DNA of 64,000 nt from an uncultured Spirochaetota bacterium (GCA_963768055.1 CAVYGN010000001.1:352001-416000); one strand, 5' to 3'; counted from the first letter of the stretch, positions 1-9,250 are shown. Numbers and translations are program-made. Notes: generated by a model not told the origin, from the letters alone.

Positions 1-597
1 ACTATTTACATTGGATTCCCAATTCTTGAGATTTTCTTCCGAGCTTGAATAGAATATGTTGCCCGTCCAATCAAAGTTTGTATTTGACGGGGTACTTCCG
101 TTATCCATCATGTATTTTGCAAGCTCATACCTGTGGTTTTGTATAGTTGTGAACAGGTTATCGTACCCCTGAGCTAAATTCATGTATTGGTCGATTTGCT
201 GTAATATTTCGTCGCAATGATAATATTCCATAACTACTGCCAGAAATGCGGATATTGCCATATCAACATTATCAGGCGAGAATAACCATGAAATATGGTC
301 ATAAACTTTATAAAACATATCTCCGGAACTGTTTATTGTCAGGTCGCCCTGCCAGTCTATGCCGTATGGTCCGAATTGCGGTATAATGGATTCTGCGGGC
401 GGCATTGTAAAAGGCTGCCCTATCTGCTGGTCTATCCTTTTTGAAAATTGTATTCCGCCGTTATTCGTGCTTATTGAATTTTTCCATTCATTAGCCCAAT
501 TTTGCCATTCGCCTTCAAACATTGTAACTGCGTCATAAGCAAATGATAATTGTATCGATGAAATGTTTATAACCATCATTATATATAAAAATTTCAT
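1..597 (-). CDS. Secreted conjugative-transfer protein, TraH-like (partial, runs off window start; absent from ORF track)
   Basis: ATG at 597, 5 bp after the traC stop; translated by hand with no stop seen: MKFLYIMMVINISSIQLSFAYDAV...NNGGIQFSKR...PFTMPP...GPYGIDWQGDLTINS... Signal-peptide-like N-terminus; GG..R / P....GID..G spacing resembles the TraH N-terminus. Confidence 0.45.
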   Translation of the reverse strand, partial: MKFLYIMMVINISSIQLSFAYDAVTMFEGEWQNWANEWKNSISTNNGGIQFSKRIDQQIGQPFTMPPAESIIPQFGPYGIDWQGDLTINSSGDMFYKVYDHISWLFSPDNVDMAISAFLAVVMEYYHCDEILQQIDQYMNLAQGYDNLFTTIQNHRYELAKYMMDNGSTPSNTNFDWTGNIFYSSSEENLKNWESNVNS

Positions 598-601
598 ATT
601 A

Positions 602-3124
602 TTATCTCCGTTCTTCTTTTTCCAGGGCTATTTTTTCTATTGCTTCCGACAGGCTAAGCCCGTCCTTTTCAAGTTCTTTCACCCGCATAACCTCTTTCGC
701 TTCCGATCCGAAAAGAGCTTTTTCAAACGGAGAGGCAATATGCCTTAAAAGCGTATTCCCGTGAGGAGTCATAAGCATAAATTCCGAGTATGAGCCTTTC
801 ACTCCGCCTATGCTTCTGAATAATTTTTCTGTAGCCTCATTGGACAAGTTCAGCTTGTGTTCGTTTTTAAGCCTGTCGATCGATGCGGGTTTCTGCTGGA
901 ATACTACCTGGTAAGAAGCAGTGTCAGCGAGGACCTTTGAATGTTCATTGCAATGAACGTCTTCCAGGGATTGAGTTCCTATAACTATCGAAGCGTAGCA
1001 TTTCCGGTATTGTCTGAAATCCTTTGATATCATTGGAGAAAGGTAAGGGTTGTCCTTGACATTATGGTATTCGTCGTAAGCTATGAATTTTTTCCTGTTA
1101 TAATGCTTTTTCGAATATACGATACTTGATATCTTTGAAAAAATAACCATGTATTCAAAAGTCAGCAGGGTTTCACCTATTTCTTTAACTGGAGGGAGTG
1201 CTATTGCGGTAAGATTGTTATCAAGGGAAAACTGCTTTTTTGAGGGGTTGCAAAGAGCGCCATATATCCCTTTCATTGAATAATTGAATAGCCTGTCCGC
1301 AAGGTTCGGATGTTTTTCTTTCTTTAACTCCGACATTACTTTCTCAACTGTTCCTTCAGAGCCATATTTTTCTGCCACCATTCTTATCGAACTTGACAGA
1401 TATCCAATCAAATCCTCGCCAAGTTTCTCTTTCGGGCTGGCCATAAACTGGAATATGTTTGTGAAATTGAGAAGTTCCTCCGGGCTGATGAACTTTCCTT
1501 CAAGGTTTAAGAATGGGTTAAATGAAATATCGTTATCTTTGTTATTGAAATCCACATATCGGCCGCCAAGAAGCTTTGTCGAGTTCTCATATGAATGCCC
1601 TACCTCGGTAATAACAATTATTGCGTCTTCAGCCAGGTAATTAGCCGCTATGGTCTGGATCAAAAAGGATTTTCCTGTTCCTGGAGGGCCGAATATTAAC
1701 ATCGCGTAATCGGGCGAATCCTCATCGAATATATCGAATAAATATAATTGGGACCTGCGGGTTATGAAAAATAAAGACGGCTTATATGTATTTCCCTTGA
1801 TATCACCGTAATAGGGCGCGATCGATGCGCAATTCCAGGCTGAAAAATGACGCTTCCTATCAAAAAAATCAAGGTTTTGAATATTAAAATTAAGAGGAAG
1901 CGAGTTAAGAAATATCGGGCATTTTATTAATGTTTCCTTTTGTGAAAGGTAACCCGCTCCCTCTATCTGCGAAGTAAGCTTTCTTGAAGAGTCGTTAATA
2001 TCATAGTGTTTTGAATTATTCCTTACCGCCATAAATGAAAGATATCCCTCATGAATATGGTTTCCATCATTGATATCTTTCTCCATTTTTTCAAGTTCGT
2101 TAACCTTCTCCCTTGCGTTCTTGAGTCTTTTCATTACATTGTATGTCGCCTTCTTTTTTTGTATCGTTTCCTTTAATGTCTCCTGCGACAATACCCTGAG
2201 ATTAAAGCATGATACGGTATTGGCGGGAACCTGGTTCCTGTCGGAAATATGGCTCCCAAGAAGGTTCGACGTTCCATATGGATAGATCGAAGAAGGATAA
2301 TTTTTTATTGTTGTTACCGATATTTCCGTTCCATTTGTTTTGATATACTTAGGGTTACTTAAATCAATATACATTTCGGAATCGAGCAGCTGCTCGGCTA
2401 TGAATTCGTCAGGATTGATCTTTGAATATCCGTCCCGGCCGAATAATCTGTCGAAATACCATTTAAGGTTATCGGGTGTGAAATCCGTGCATGGCGTCCC
2501 GGCTTGGATAAATAGATTGGTACATTCTTTCAAAATCCTTAAAACTCTTATTCTTTCATAATTAAAATCATTCTCAATTTCGGACTTTTCTAAACGGCCT
2601 GCTATAGCATTAAATAAATTCTTAAATCCCTCAGGGCTTATAATGCTTTTAATATATGAAACCCCGGTTCGGAATGTGAATAAGACCCTGAAATCCTTCG
2701 GGGTGTAGGTATCCGGGAATCCTCCCCTATATCCCGAATCTTTTGCTTTAAATATAGAATGAGCATTATCCATACAGTATTTTTTTAAAAGTTCGAAATT
2801 CGTCTTTTTCTTTGATATATATGTGCTGAGGTAAGGATCTATGAAATCAGTAGCAAAATTTATTACCTGGATCGAATCGTTCTCTTTTAAAAGGTCGATA
2901 GAGAATATATCTTTCAAAGCTTTTAGCCCGGCCTCGTCAATTCCAAGAATAGGGTAAATTTCAAGTATAAATCCGATCGATCCGTCTTTCATGTGGTAGA
3001 TCCGGTCGGTTTCATCATAATACAAATAGTCGATGAATTCGGAAGTTTTAATCCTTCCTCCGCCGCATAACAGTTCCCATAATGTATAATCAGGTCCATT
3101 ATAATGGACCTTTGATTGATTCAT
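602..3124 (-). CDS. traC: VirB4/TraC-family type IV secretion ATPase
   Basis: 840 aa; Walker A GPPGTGKS, Walker B IAYDEYH, RQYRKCYASIVIGTQS motif; N-terminal LYYDETDRIY...SIGFILE typical of F-type TraC; position after A-L-E-K-B-V genes. Confidence 0.9.
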   Translation of the reverse strand: MNQSKVHYNGPDYTLWELLCGGGRIKTSEFIDYLYYDETDRIYHMKDGSIGFILEIYPILGIDEAGLKALKDIFSIDLLKENDSIQVINFATDFIDPYLSTYISKKKTNFELLKKYCMDNAHSIFKAKDSGYRGGFPDTYTPKDFRVLFTFRTGVSYIKSIISPEGFKNLFNAIAGRLEKSEIENDFNYERIRVLRILKECTNLFIQAGTPCTDFTPDNLKWYFDRLFGRDGYSKINPDEFIAEQLLDSEMYIDLSNPKYIKTNGTEISVTTIKNYPSSIYPYGTSNLLGSHISDRNQVPANTVSCFNLRVLSQETLKETIQKKKATYNVMKRLKNAREKVNELEKMEKDINDGNHIHEGYLSFMAVRNNSKHYDINDSSRKLTSQIEGAGYLSQKETLIKCPIFLNSLPLNFNIQNLDFFDRKRHFSAWNCASIAPYYGDIKGNTYKPSLFFITRRSQLYLFDIFDEDSPDYAMLIFGPPGTGKSFLIQTIAANYLAEDAIIVITEVGHSYENSTKLLGGRYVDFNNKDNDISFNPFLNLEGKFISPEELLNFTNIFQFMASPKEKLGEDLIGYLSSSIRMVAEKYGSEGTVEKVMSELKKEKHPNLADRLFNYSMKGIYGALCNPSKKQFSLDNNLTAIALPPVKEIGETLLTFEYMVIFSKISSIVYSKKHYNRKKFIAYDEYHNVKDNPYLSPMISKDFRQYRKCYASIVIGTQSLEDVHCNEHSKVLADTASYQVVFQQKPASIDRLKNEHKLNLSNEATEKLFRSIGGVKGSYSEFMLMTPHGNTLLRHIASPFEKALFGSEAKEVMRVKELEKDGLSLSEAIEKIALEKEERR

Positions 3125-3128
3125 TTTT

Positions 3129-3479
3129 TTACTCCATCCAATCGGCCCGTTTTAATACCATCATAATATCTGTCCTGGGAACTCTTATAAGGTCGCCTTG
3201 TTTCTTAGGCATGATAACAATCCTTTTGATGATCTCATTTCTTCTCAGCGGAACTATAAGGGTATCGTCATACTGTATTGTATACCCCTGTCCTGCGGTA
3301 AAATATTGCTGGTTTTTATCGGTATTTTCATATTCCTTTCCAGTAAAAGGATCTCCGGAACGCAAATACACTCCATGATACAATGACATTGTATTGTACG
3401 ATGTCGGTATCCTATTCTGGGTCATTGAAATGCATGATGACAGCATTGCTGCAACCATCAGTAATAGAAAATATTTCAT
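3129..3479 (-). CDS. Lipoprotein, TraV-like by position
   Basis: Lipobox MLSSC; lies between traB and traC; C-terminal VPLRRNE..KRIVIMP....GDL......W resembles TraV. Confidence 0.6.
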   Translation of the reverse strand: MKYFLLLMVAAMLSSCISMTQNRIPTSYNTMSLYHGVYLRSGDPFTGKEYENTDKNQQYFTAGQGYTIQYDDTLIVPLRRNEIIKRIVIMPKKQGDLIRVPRTDIMMVLKRADWME

Positions 3480-3499
3480 ATTTACCTTCCTAAACCCAT

Positions 3500-4186
3500 T
3501 TATTTTTCAACAAAATCTTTTGTAAAGAACTCTACAGGCGAAAGCCATGTAACCTCAATTTGCTTCGAATTGATTACAACTAATTCGGGAAGCGTTTCCG
3601 CGGCCATCTTGAGATAAAATGATGATATTTGCGCGAAACTGCTTGAACCTGCCTCCTCAATGACTGTGCCGGCATTGTAATTAGTATTATTACCAGTCCC
3701 GCCGATAGTTAGATTCCCTTTTTGAAGCCATACGGCTAATGATTCCATCGCCGATGCTATGGCGGCCATGGCCACCTGTTCTTCTTCATGGCTTATTATC
3801 GCATCGGCCACAATACCCTCCATACCCTTATAACTAACGAATCCATTTATATCTATATAGCGGGGTGTATTGTTATAATCATAATAGGACATCCCAGTAC
3901 ATTTGATCATGATCTTGCGGCCTGTAAAATCCCCAACTGCCCACCCGGTTACTACTACTCCGTCGACATTAATTTTTCTTTTGTTGGGGGCCTCAGCATA
4001 ACCTTTTAATTGGATCAATATCGGACGAGTCCCTGACGGCGCCCCTTCCATCGGCGCTGTCGCTGATATGAGAAGTATTCCACTCGCTGTAGTTCCGGGG
4101 AGGATTGTAGTTTTGACAGCTTTTTCATCTGTGAATATATATTTGTTAATAAGCAGAAGGAGTATTAAGGGTATCGTTTTTTTCAT
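3500..4186 (-). CDS. traB: TraB/VirB10 (TrbI-like) C-terminal domain protein
   Basis: ILPGTTASGILL..ATAP...PILIQL...G.AVGD...R.MIKC..MS...INGFV...G.EG pattern of the TraB C-domain; own RBS (GGGAGA) and signal-peptide-like N-terminus. Confidence 0.75.
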   Translation of the reverse strand: MKKTIPLILLLLINKYIFTDEKAVKTTILPGTTASGILLISATAPMEGAPSGTRPILIQLKGYAEAPNKRKINVDGVVVTGWAVGDFTGRKIMIKCTGMSYYDYNNTPRYIDINGFVSYKGMEGIVADAIISHEEEQVAMAAIASAMESLAVWLQKGNLTIGGTGNNTNYNAGTVIEEAGSSSFAQISSFYLKMAAETLPELVVINSKQIEVTWLSPVEFFTKDFVEK

Positions 4187-4544
4187 TTTTATTCTCCCGT
4201 TTATCTTTAATGATTGTTACTTTCGGCGGCAGTTTTTCAAGGGTTTGCAGCTGCCGGGATAATGTTTCATTAGTTTTTTCCTGGCATTCGATTTCACTCT
4301 GGAGGTTGGAATTATTTATTTCCATTCTCTTTTTTATATCGTTATGATAGGCGTTTTGTTCTTCGAGTAGCAGGTCCGTGTTATAATTCGAGAATTTTAT
4401 TGTATTTCCTGTTATATTTTCCTTGCGATGACTGCCCTTGACAATTCCCCATAATAATGCGATTATAAGAACTGTTGCAGAGAATATTACTTGTATTCGC
4501 TTTTGTGATAATGCATTATGCGGGGTTTTTGGTTTTTCAATCAT
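4146..4544 (-). CDS. Membrane-anchored coiled-coil protein equivalent to the TraB N-terminal half
   Basis: Likely start MIEKPK at 4544, just after the traK stop; single TM helix (VIFSATVLIIALLWGIV) then a coiled coil; overlaps the traB C-domain ORF by 41 bp. Confidence 0.6.
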   Translation of the reverse strand: MIEKPKTPHNALSQKRIQVIFSATVLIIALLWGIVKGSHRKENITGNTIKFSNYNTDLLLEEQNAYHNDIKKRMEINNSNLQSEIECQEKTNETLSRQLQTLEKLPPKVTIIKDKRENKNEKNDTLNTPSAY

Positions 4545-4563
4545 CTTCTTTACCCATTCTTTT

Positions 4564-5358
4564 TTATTTTTGATAAATAACAAAGAGGCCGGTCTTTCTT
4601 CCTGCAGGTATGAAATATGAATCGATAAAAAAGGCCTCTGACTCTGAATAGCCCTCAAGTCTTTCGACTGAAGTAATGAAAGGAATCAGGTCGTCGTCTT
4701 TTAATTCCATATCAGGTCCGTTATTTCTTATTTCGAATACCCTCCCCGAATAACCGGCTGTCGTCATATCAAGGCATTCTACTATATCCGCAGATTTGAT
4801 TTGTGATATCAGCTTTTCGACTTTTTCTGTAAGGAATCCGGCAATAAGGTTTTCTTTCCCTTCAAGTATTTGATAATACGCGTTATAAATTTCATGGAAC
4901 ATGGATATTTCCTGTTCGGACAGTAATATCAGATCTCCGTTTTCATAGGTTTCTACATATTCTCCTTTCGATGTTTCTTTTTGTAATGAGTTTTCTTTTG
5001 TTATCGTATCTTCTATATTGAAAGCAAAAGTCTTAACGTTTTTCGATGGAATTAACCGGATAGGATAGACGCTGCCGTCGGATAATATAACGGTAATAGG
5101 AGATTCCGCCTTTGCAGACACCTGGAGAAAGTTCTTGTCCTTGGCTGCCCTCATATCATTAGTCGATACACTTGTCCAGATCGTCCTGACAATCTCAGGA
5201 AACTGTATTGTTGTATTCTGGTTATAAGGTATTTCAAGGATAGTTTCTTTTGCCGCTTTAATTGATACAGTCTCCTGGGTTTCAAAGGATTTTCCATAGG
5301 ATAGGACTCTTATATTTATTAAAAATACTACTGATGTTAAAAAAAGAAACTTATTCAT
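4564..5358 (-). CDS. traK: TraK-like (VirB9/secretin-like) conjugative transfer protein
   Basis: Signal peptide; NTTIQFP...PITVIL.DG.VYPIRLIP N-domain; C-terminal GRVFEIRN...L.DDD...IPAG.KT.LFVI; position between traE and traB. Confidence 0.7.
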   Translation of the reverse strand: MNKFLFLTSVVFLINIRVLSYGKSFETQETVSIKAAKETILEIPYNQNTTIQFPEIVRTIWTSVSTNDMRAAKDKNFLQVSAKAESPITVILSDGSVYPIRLIPSKNVKTFAFNIEDTITKENSLQKETSKGEYVETYENGDLILLSEQEISMFHEIYNAYYQILEGKENLIAGFLTEKVEKLISQIKSADIVECLDMTTAGYSGRVFEIRNNGPDMELKDDDLIPFITSVERLEGYSESEAFFIDSYFIPAGRKTGLFVIYQK

Positions 5359-5368
5359 TTCCCCTCCA

Positions 5369-5935
5369 TTAACCCTTTTTAGATTCTTGTATATCAGTGC
5401 TGTCGATATAAATACCGCTTATTGTTCTTTTAAAATGGATGGATATTTTTGTTTCATACTGCGCCGCCAGATTGTCTCCCATGTATGAAACCCTTGTTCC
5501 GAAAAGTGTAACTGAATATTTTGAAGGATCGATTTCGGTATCACCCTTCAATTCGAATTCGCTTCGCATTGAATACTTTAAAATTTTTGTATCGTAAAAA
5601 TTCCTGTATTCTTTGTCGTAATCTGCAGTCCTTTCAGGGGTGATCATCGATTTTATCATATCGAAATGAGATAAATAATTCTTTTCATTATAATTTTGAG
5701 TCTGATAAGCATATATTGTTGCGTAATACCTCATTACTGTTACAGGCATGTCAATGTCCGACAATTCCAGTACCTTATTGCTGATCCCCGGGATAATAAT
5801 AGGTTGTTTTTTTATCGCGGATACAGTAAGAATTAAAATCACGAGAACAGCCATTACAATCCTGTCTTTTGTTATTTGCATCCGGTATTTTGTTATTTCG
5901 TCAACGAGTTTGACCGTAAGGTCATTTCCTGTCAT
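5369..5935 (-). CDS. traE: TraE-like (VirB8 fold) conjugative transfer protein
   Basis: 188 aa; single N-terminal TM followed by IIIP; C-terminal VTLFG....YMGD...; position after traL. Confidence 0.75.
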   Translation of the reverse strand: MTGNDLTVKLVDEITKYRMQITKDRIVMAVLVILILTVSAIKKQPIIIPGISNKVLELSDIDMPVTVMRYYATIYAYQTQNYNEKNYLSHFDMIKSMITPERTADYDKEYRNFYDTKILKYSMRSEFELKGDTEIDPSKYSVTLFGTRVSYMGDNLAAQYETKISIHFKRTISGIYIDSTDIQESKKG

Positions 5936-5946
5936 TTTAATATCCT

Positions 5947-6249
5947 CTATTCAAAAAGAACGCTATTTATTTTTTCTCCGGGCGGTATAGTTTTCAGGGG
6001 ATTATAGTATCCATAATGATATAATAAATGAATGAAATACCCTTTCGGTTTGTTCATCCTGAAATGCCTGAATATCATAATTGCCGCTATTCCTATAAAA
6101 AAAGGAAGGATATTCATGAATATCCACCCGGCTATCCCGGAAACAAAAGCGATCGCAATATCGGGTATGATAAATCCGTACATTTCTTCCCGCCGGTATA
6201 ACATGCTTATGATTTTAAACCTTTCTTCATTCATAACATAATCATCCAT
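5947..6249 (-). CDS. traL: TraL-like (VirB3) membrane protein
   Basis: About 100 aa, two TMs, KPKGYFIHLLYHYG...IPP motif typical of TraL; start overlaps the pilin stop (TAATG); alternative start 6234. Confidence 0.8.
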   Translation of the reverse strand: MDDYVMNEERFKIISMLYRREEMYGFIIPDIAIAFVSGIAGWIFMNILPFFIGIAAIMIFRHFRMNKPKGYFIHLLYHYGYYNPLKTIPPGEKINSVLFE

Positions 6250-6548
6250 TACGATAATAACGCTACAGCCAGGAATGCGCAGATTGCCGTAACGCCTATT
6301 CTTATCCATGAAACCTGGCCGGTCGCTCCCTTCGAAAGCAGCAAAATGATGAACATTATTATAGCTATCACTCCAAGTATACCGCCGATGATAGTTTTAG
6401 CGCTATTGAGAAAAGTCTGGATAGACTGCAAGAAACTCAGGCTCTGGCTGGATAGGTCGCCGTTCGAGGAAGTCTGTGAGAACACATTCCCGTATAATGC
6501 TGCCAATAAGATGGAGGCGGCAGGTTTTCGCATTTTTTTTAAATTCAT
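6249..6548 (-). CDS. Conjugative pilin (TraA/VirB2-like)
   Basis: 99 aa; long leader plus two hydrophobic helices separated by a short loop; immediately upstream of traL; RBS GAGGA. Confidence 0.7.
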   Translation of the reverse strand: MNLKKMRKPAASILLAALYGNVFSQTSSNGDLSSQSLSFLQSIQTFLNSAKTIIGGILGVIAIIMFIILLLSKGATGQVSWIRIGVTAICAFLAVALLS

Positions 6549-6555
6549 ATAATCC

Positions 6556-6990
6556 TCACTTTAGAAAATAAAATTCTATATCGCTGCCGGGGCTCTCCCT
6601 GAATTCGAGGGCTGCCGGTTTCTCCATGTTCGACAGGACGCTTTCTATAAGCGTCTTGTTCGAATAACTGCATATTGCGACGGTTCTTTTTAGGGGGAAG
6701 TAATCGCCGATCTTATCGATGCAATACCTGACGGTCCATTGGCTTATCTCCTTTTCTTTTATGAGGAGAGGGGCGGAAGCGGTTTCAAGGGTTTCTTCAT
6801 GATTGTCATCGTTTCTCAGGATGGCATAGCAGTTTTGGGGTAGTATGTACAAGGAGCCGTCTTTTCTGGCTTCTTCTTTTTTTATCATGACGATATCGCC
6901 GCTTAATTTGCCTTTTTTGGTATAATCCGGAAGTTCCGTGCAGGAACAGGCAAGGGCCGCAATGAATAATATTGCAATCGGTTTTAACAT
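6556..6990 (-). CDS. Hypothetical lipoprotein, first gene of the tra operon
   Basis: Lipobox ALACSC; RBS GAGG; 7 bp from the pilin gene. Confidence 0.6.
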   Translation of the reverse strand: MLKPIAILFIAALACSCTELPDYTKKGKLSGDIVMIKKEEARKDGSLYILPQNCYAILRNDDNHEETLETASAPLLIKEKEISQWTVRYCIDKIGDYFPLKRTVAICSYSNKTLIESVLSNMEKPAALEFRESPGSDIEFYFLK

Positions 6991-7078
6991 TTTCAGCCTC
7001 TATAATCAATAATAAATTGGTACTACCTATTAAAAAGTATCCGTGCCTTTTTTAAAAAATTCATATAAACGAGTAACG

Positions 7079-7107
7079 ATTATAAAACAATTTAATAATG
7101 ATGTCAA
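7079..7107 (-). promoter_or_regulatory. Consensus sigma70 promoter for the tra operon
   Basis: Minus strand TTGACA (7107-7102), 17 bp spacer, TATAAT (7084-7079); about 90 bp upstream of the 6990 start. Confidence 0.75.
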
Positions 7108-7270
7108 TAGGCGATTGGTAATATATTAAAAATATTTTTGAAGTGATATACTATATTGCGGACAAAGCCGGATAAGTGAATATATTTTTTCACATCCTCA
7201 TTTTTCCTGGTGTATCCGGATAATCGGAACCGGGTAATGTGCCGACAATCGATAATTGTCAATAATGCCT

Positions 7271-7300
7271 TTGACAAAGATGTTATTGTCATGGTATCAT
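7271..7300 (+). promoter_or_regulatory. sigma70-like promoter
   Basis: TTGACA (7271), N18, TATCAT with TG extension, upstream of the 7348 ORF. Confidence 0.5.
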
Positions 7301-7347
7301 TGTTATGGTACTGAAATGGGATCAAATATGGCAAAGGGGTTGGTCTT

Positions 7348-7839
7348 ATGGGAAATATCGATTTAATTCCGGATTTTCCAAATGAGGAAAAGTTAAAGCC
7401 CGTTGAAAGAGAAATAATAACCAAATGGACAAAAAAATACATTGACATGACTATTAGCGAAAATAAAAATTACAAAATTAGTGAAATAATAAAATCATGT
7501 TCGATCGAACATTTCAATGCAGTAAATATGCAAGAGGTGCTTGAAAAGTATGTCGGAAAGGTTGAAGAATTCATAGAATTTATTCAAAACGAATGGAAAT
7601 GGAAAATTACATTCAATAAAGAGAATGGGATAATCATTGCAGATGAAAACAAAAACTATTGTGTTTGCCCTTTAGTAAAAATGAATCTGATAAAATCAAA
7701 AAAATTGTGTTTATGTTCGGAAGGATTTGGTGAAAAAATGTTTTCTTATATACTGAAAAAAACGGTAAAAGCAAAAGTAATAAGATCATTTCTCAGGGAT
7801 GGGAAAAGCTGTATTTATAAAATAATCATCAATCCCTGA
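7348..7839 (+). CDS. Cys-containing hypothetical protein (DUF6144-like / V4R-like)
   Basis: CS..H, CVCPLV, LCLCSEG and C-terminal S..R.G..C motifs. Confidence 0.6.
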   Translation: MGNIDLIPDFPNEEKLKPVEREIITKWTKKYIDMTISENKNYKISEIIKSCSIEHFNAVNMQEVLEKYVGKVEEFIEFIQNEWKWKITFNKENGIIIADENKNYCVCPLVKMNLIKSKKLCLCSEGFGEKMFSYILKKTVKAKVIRSFLRDGKSCIYKIIINP

Positions 7840-7878
7840 AAAAAACTCTAAGACCGGTTTAATTGTAAGGAGCATAAT

Positions 7879-8409
7879 ATCGCTGATAATTTAAAGAAAT
7901 TAAATTTGATCGGATGCTGCGGAATATCCTGCGGGTTATGCCCGCGATATCATTCCAAAGCAAAATCCGGATGCCTTGGATGCGGACCGGACGGGCATTG
8001 CTCCTTCTGCTCTATCTTTAGATGCTGTCAAATGAAACGAACCTTTGAGACTTGTGCAGACTGTAATGAATTTCCATGTAATAAATTCAACAAATGGTTT
8101 GATACGGATAGTTTTGTTACTCATAATAATTGTCTTGTAAATATTCAAAAGATTAAAAATATTGGAATTATTGATTTTTTGAAGGAACAATCGGAAAGAA
8201 AAAATATTCTTGAATTTATTTTAGAGAATTATAATACAGGAAGGCTTATGAGCTTTTATTGCCTTGCATCATCCCTTTTAAATATTGAATCATTAAAAAA
8301 AGCCTTAAAGAAAATTGAAAACATTAATGAAAACAAAGCGAAATCATTCGAGATGATAATAAAAGAATACGGGGATAGTGAAAATATTTCCTTGAAACTT
8401 AGGAAGTAA
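7879..8409 (+). CDS. DUF3795-type Cys-rich protein
   Basis: GCCGISCGLCPRY...C.GC....C..C....CC.....TCADC.EFPC; RBS AAGGAG is followed by an in-frame ATC at 7879 (ORF track uses TTG 7906). Confidence 0.75.
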   Translation: MADNLKKLNLIGCCGISCGLCPRYHSKAKSGCLGCGPDGHCSFCSIFRCCQMKRTFETCADCNEFPCNKFNKWFDTDSFVTHNNCLVNIQKIKNIGIIDFLKEQSERKNILEFILENYNTGRLMSFYCLASSLLNIESLKKALKKIENINENKAKSFEMIIKEYGDSENISLKLRK

Positions 8410-8601
8410 AATATCAGACTGGCTTATAGGAATATCCCTAACGATGATCTATACAAAATCGTATCCCGGAAATAATGTTCTTTCGGCTTTAACTGTAAAA
8501 ATATGAGTTCAACTGATTTGACTTACCAATGAATTATTTAACATTTGTCCGGCGCTTGTATTTCCGGCGCTTTTTTCTTTTGTTCTTTTGGAAAGCATTA
8601 A

Positions 8602-8618
8602 GGGCGGTTCCAATAACT
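8602..8618 (+). repeat. Copy of a dispersed IS5-like terminal inverted repeat (GGGCGGTTCCAATAACT)
   Basis: Matches copies at 37481, 37631-37647 (inverted), 58467 and 59982-59996 (inverted); a degenerate partner TTATTGGAA lies at about 8672-8680. Confidence 0.55.
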
Positions 8619-8729
8619 TGCAATGTTGTTAGTAATTTGATTTCTAATTATAATAAAAAAAGGAACTATATTTATTGGAATAATTATAAATGGTTTGATT
8701 ATAATTCTTTGATCAAAAAGGAGTCGCTA

Positions 8730-9221
8730 ATGAAGGTGAATGATACCGGTGATGTTTCCGTAAAAGGCGAAATGCCGGCGGGTAAAAAGCAGAGAAGGTT
8801 ATGGAAATATTACAGCGCCGTTTTATGGAATATTATTTTTTTCTTTTTCATTAATCTTTATCCGCTCTGGATTTCAAAGACCCGGGGGGGTGTTACAAAC
8901 GATTATATAAAGGTGCTTCTGGCTATGGATGTCTCCGTCATCACAATTATTATTGGAAATGCGGTGCTTATTGCGTTCTCGCCGAAGCGGCTGCGGGAGT
9001 TGATCGAATTTTTCATATCGGTTACTTCGCTGATCTCTGTTTCAGTCTTTCTTGGTATTTTTCCTCTTGATTTTTCTCATATTGCCGGTTCCTGGCTGAA
9101 TACCGTTATAAGATGCCTTCTGATTGCCGGGATCGTCGGGACTTCCATAGGAACAATATCTTCACTTATTAAGTTTATAAAAGCAATTATGCTGACTGAT
9201 TCCAAAGTATTGCTATTGTAA
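8730..9221 (+). CDS. Hypothetical 4-TM membrane protein
   Basis: RBS AAGGAG before ATG 8730 (MKVNDTG...); four hydrophobic segments. Confidence 0.7.
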   Translation: MKVNDTGDVSVKGEMPAGKKQRRLWKYYSAVLWNIIFFFFINLYPLWISKTRGGVTNDYIKVLLAMDVSVITIIIGNAVLIAFSPKRLRELIEFFISVTSLISVSVFLGIFPLDFSHIAGSWLNTVIRCLLIAGIVGTSIGTISSLIKFIKAIMLTDSKVLLL

Positions 9222-9250
9222 CCGGACTAAATAAATTCGGAATTATATAC

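Noticed and set aside
8529..8729. N-terminal extension of the 230-aa ORF
   Set aside because: Crosses AT-rich intergenic DNA and a TIR-like repeat; the clear RBS is at the 8730 start.
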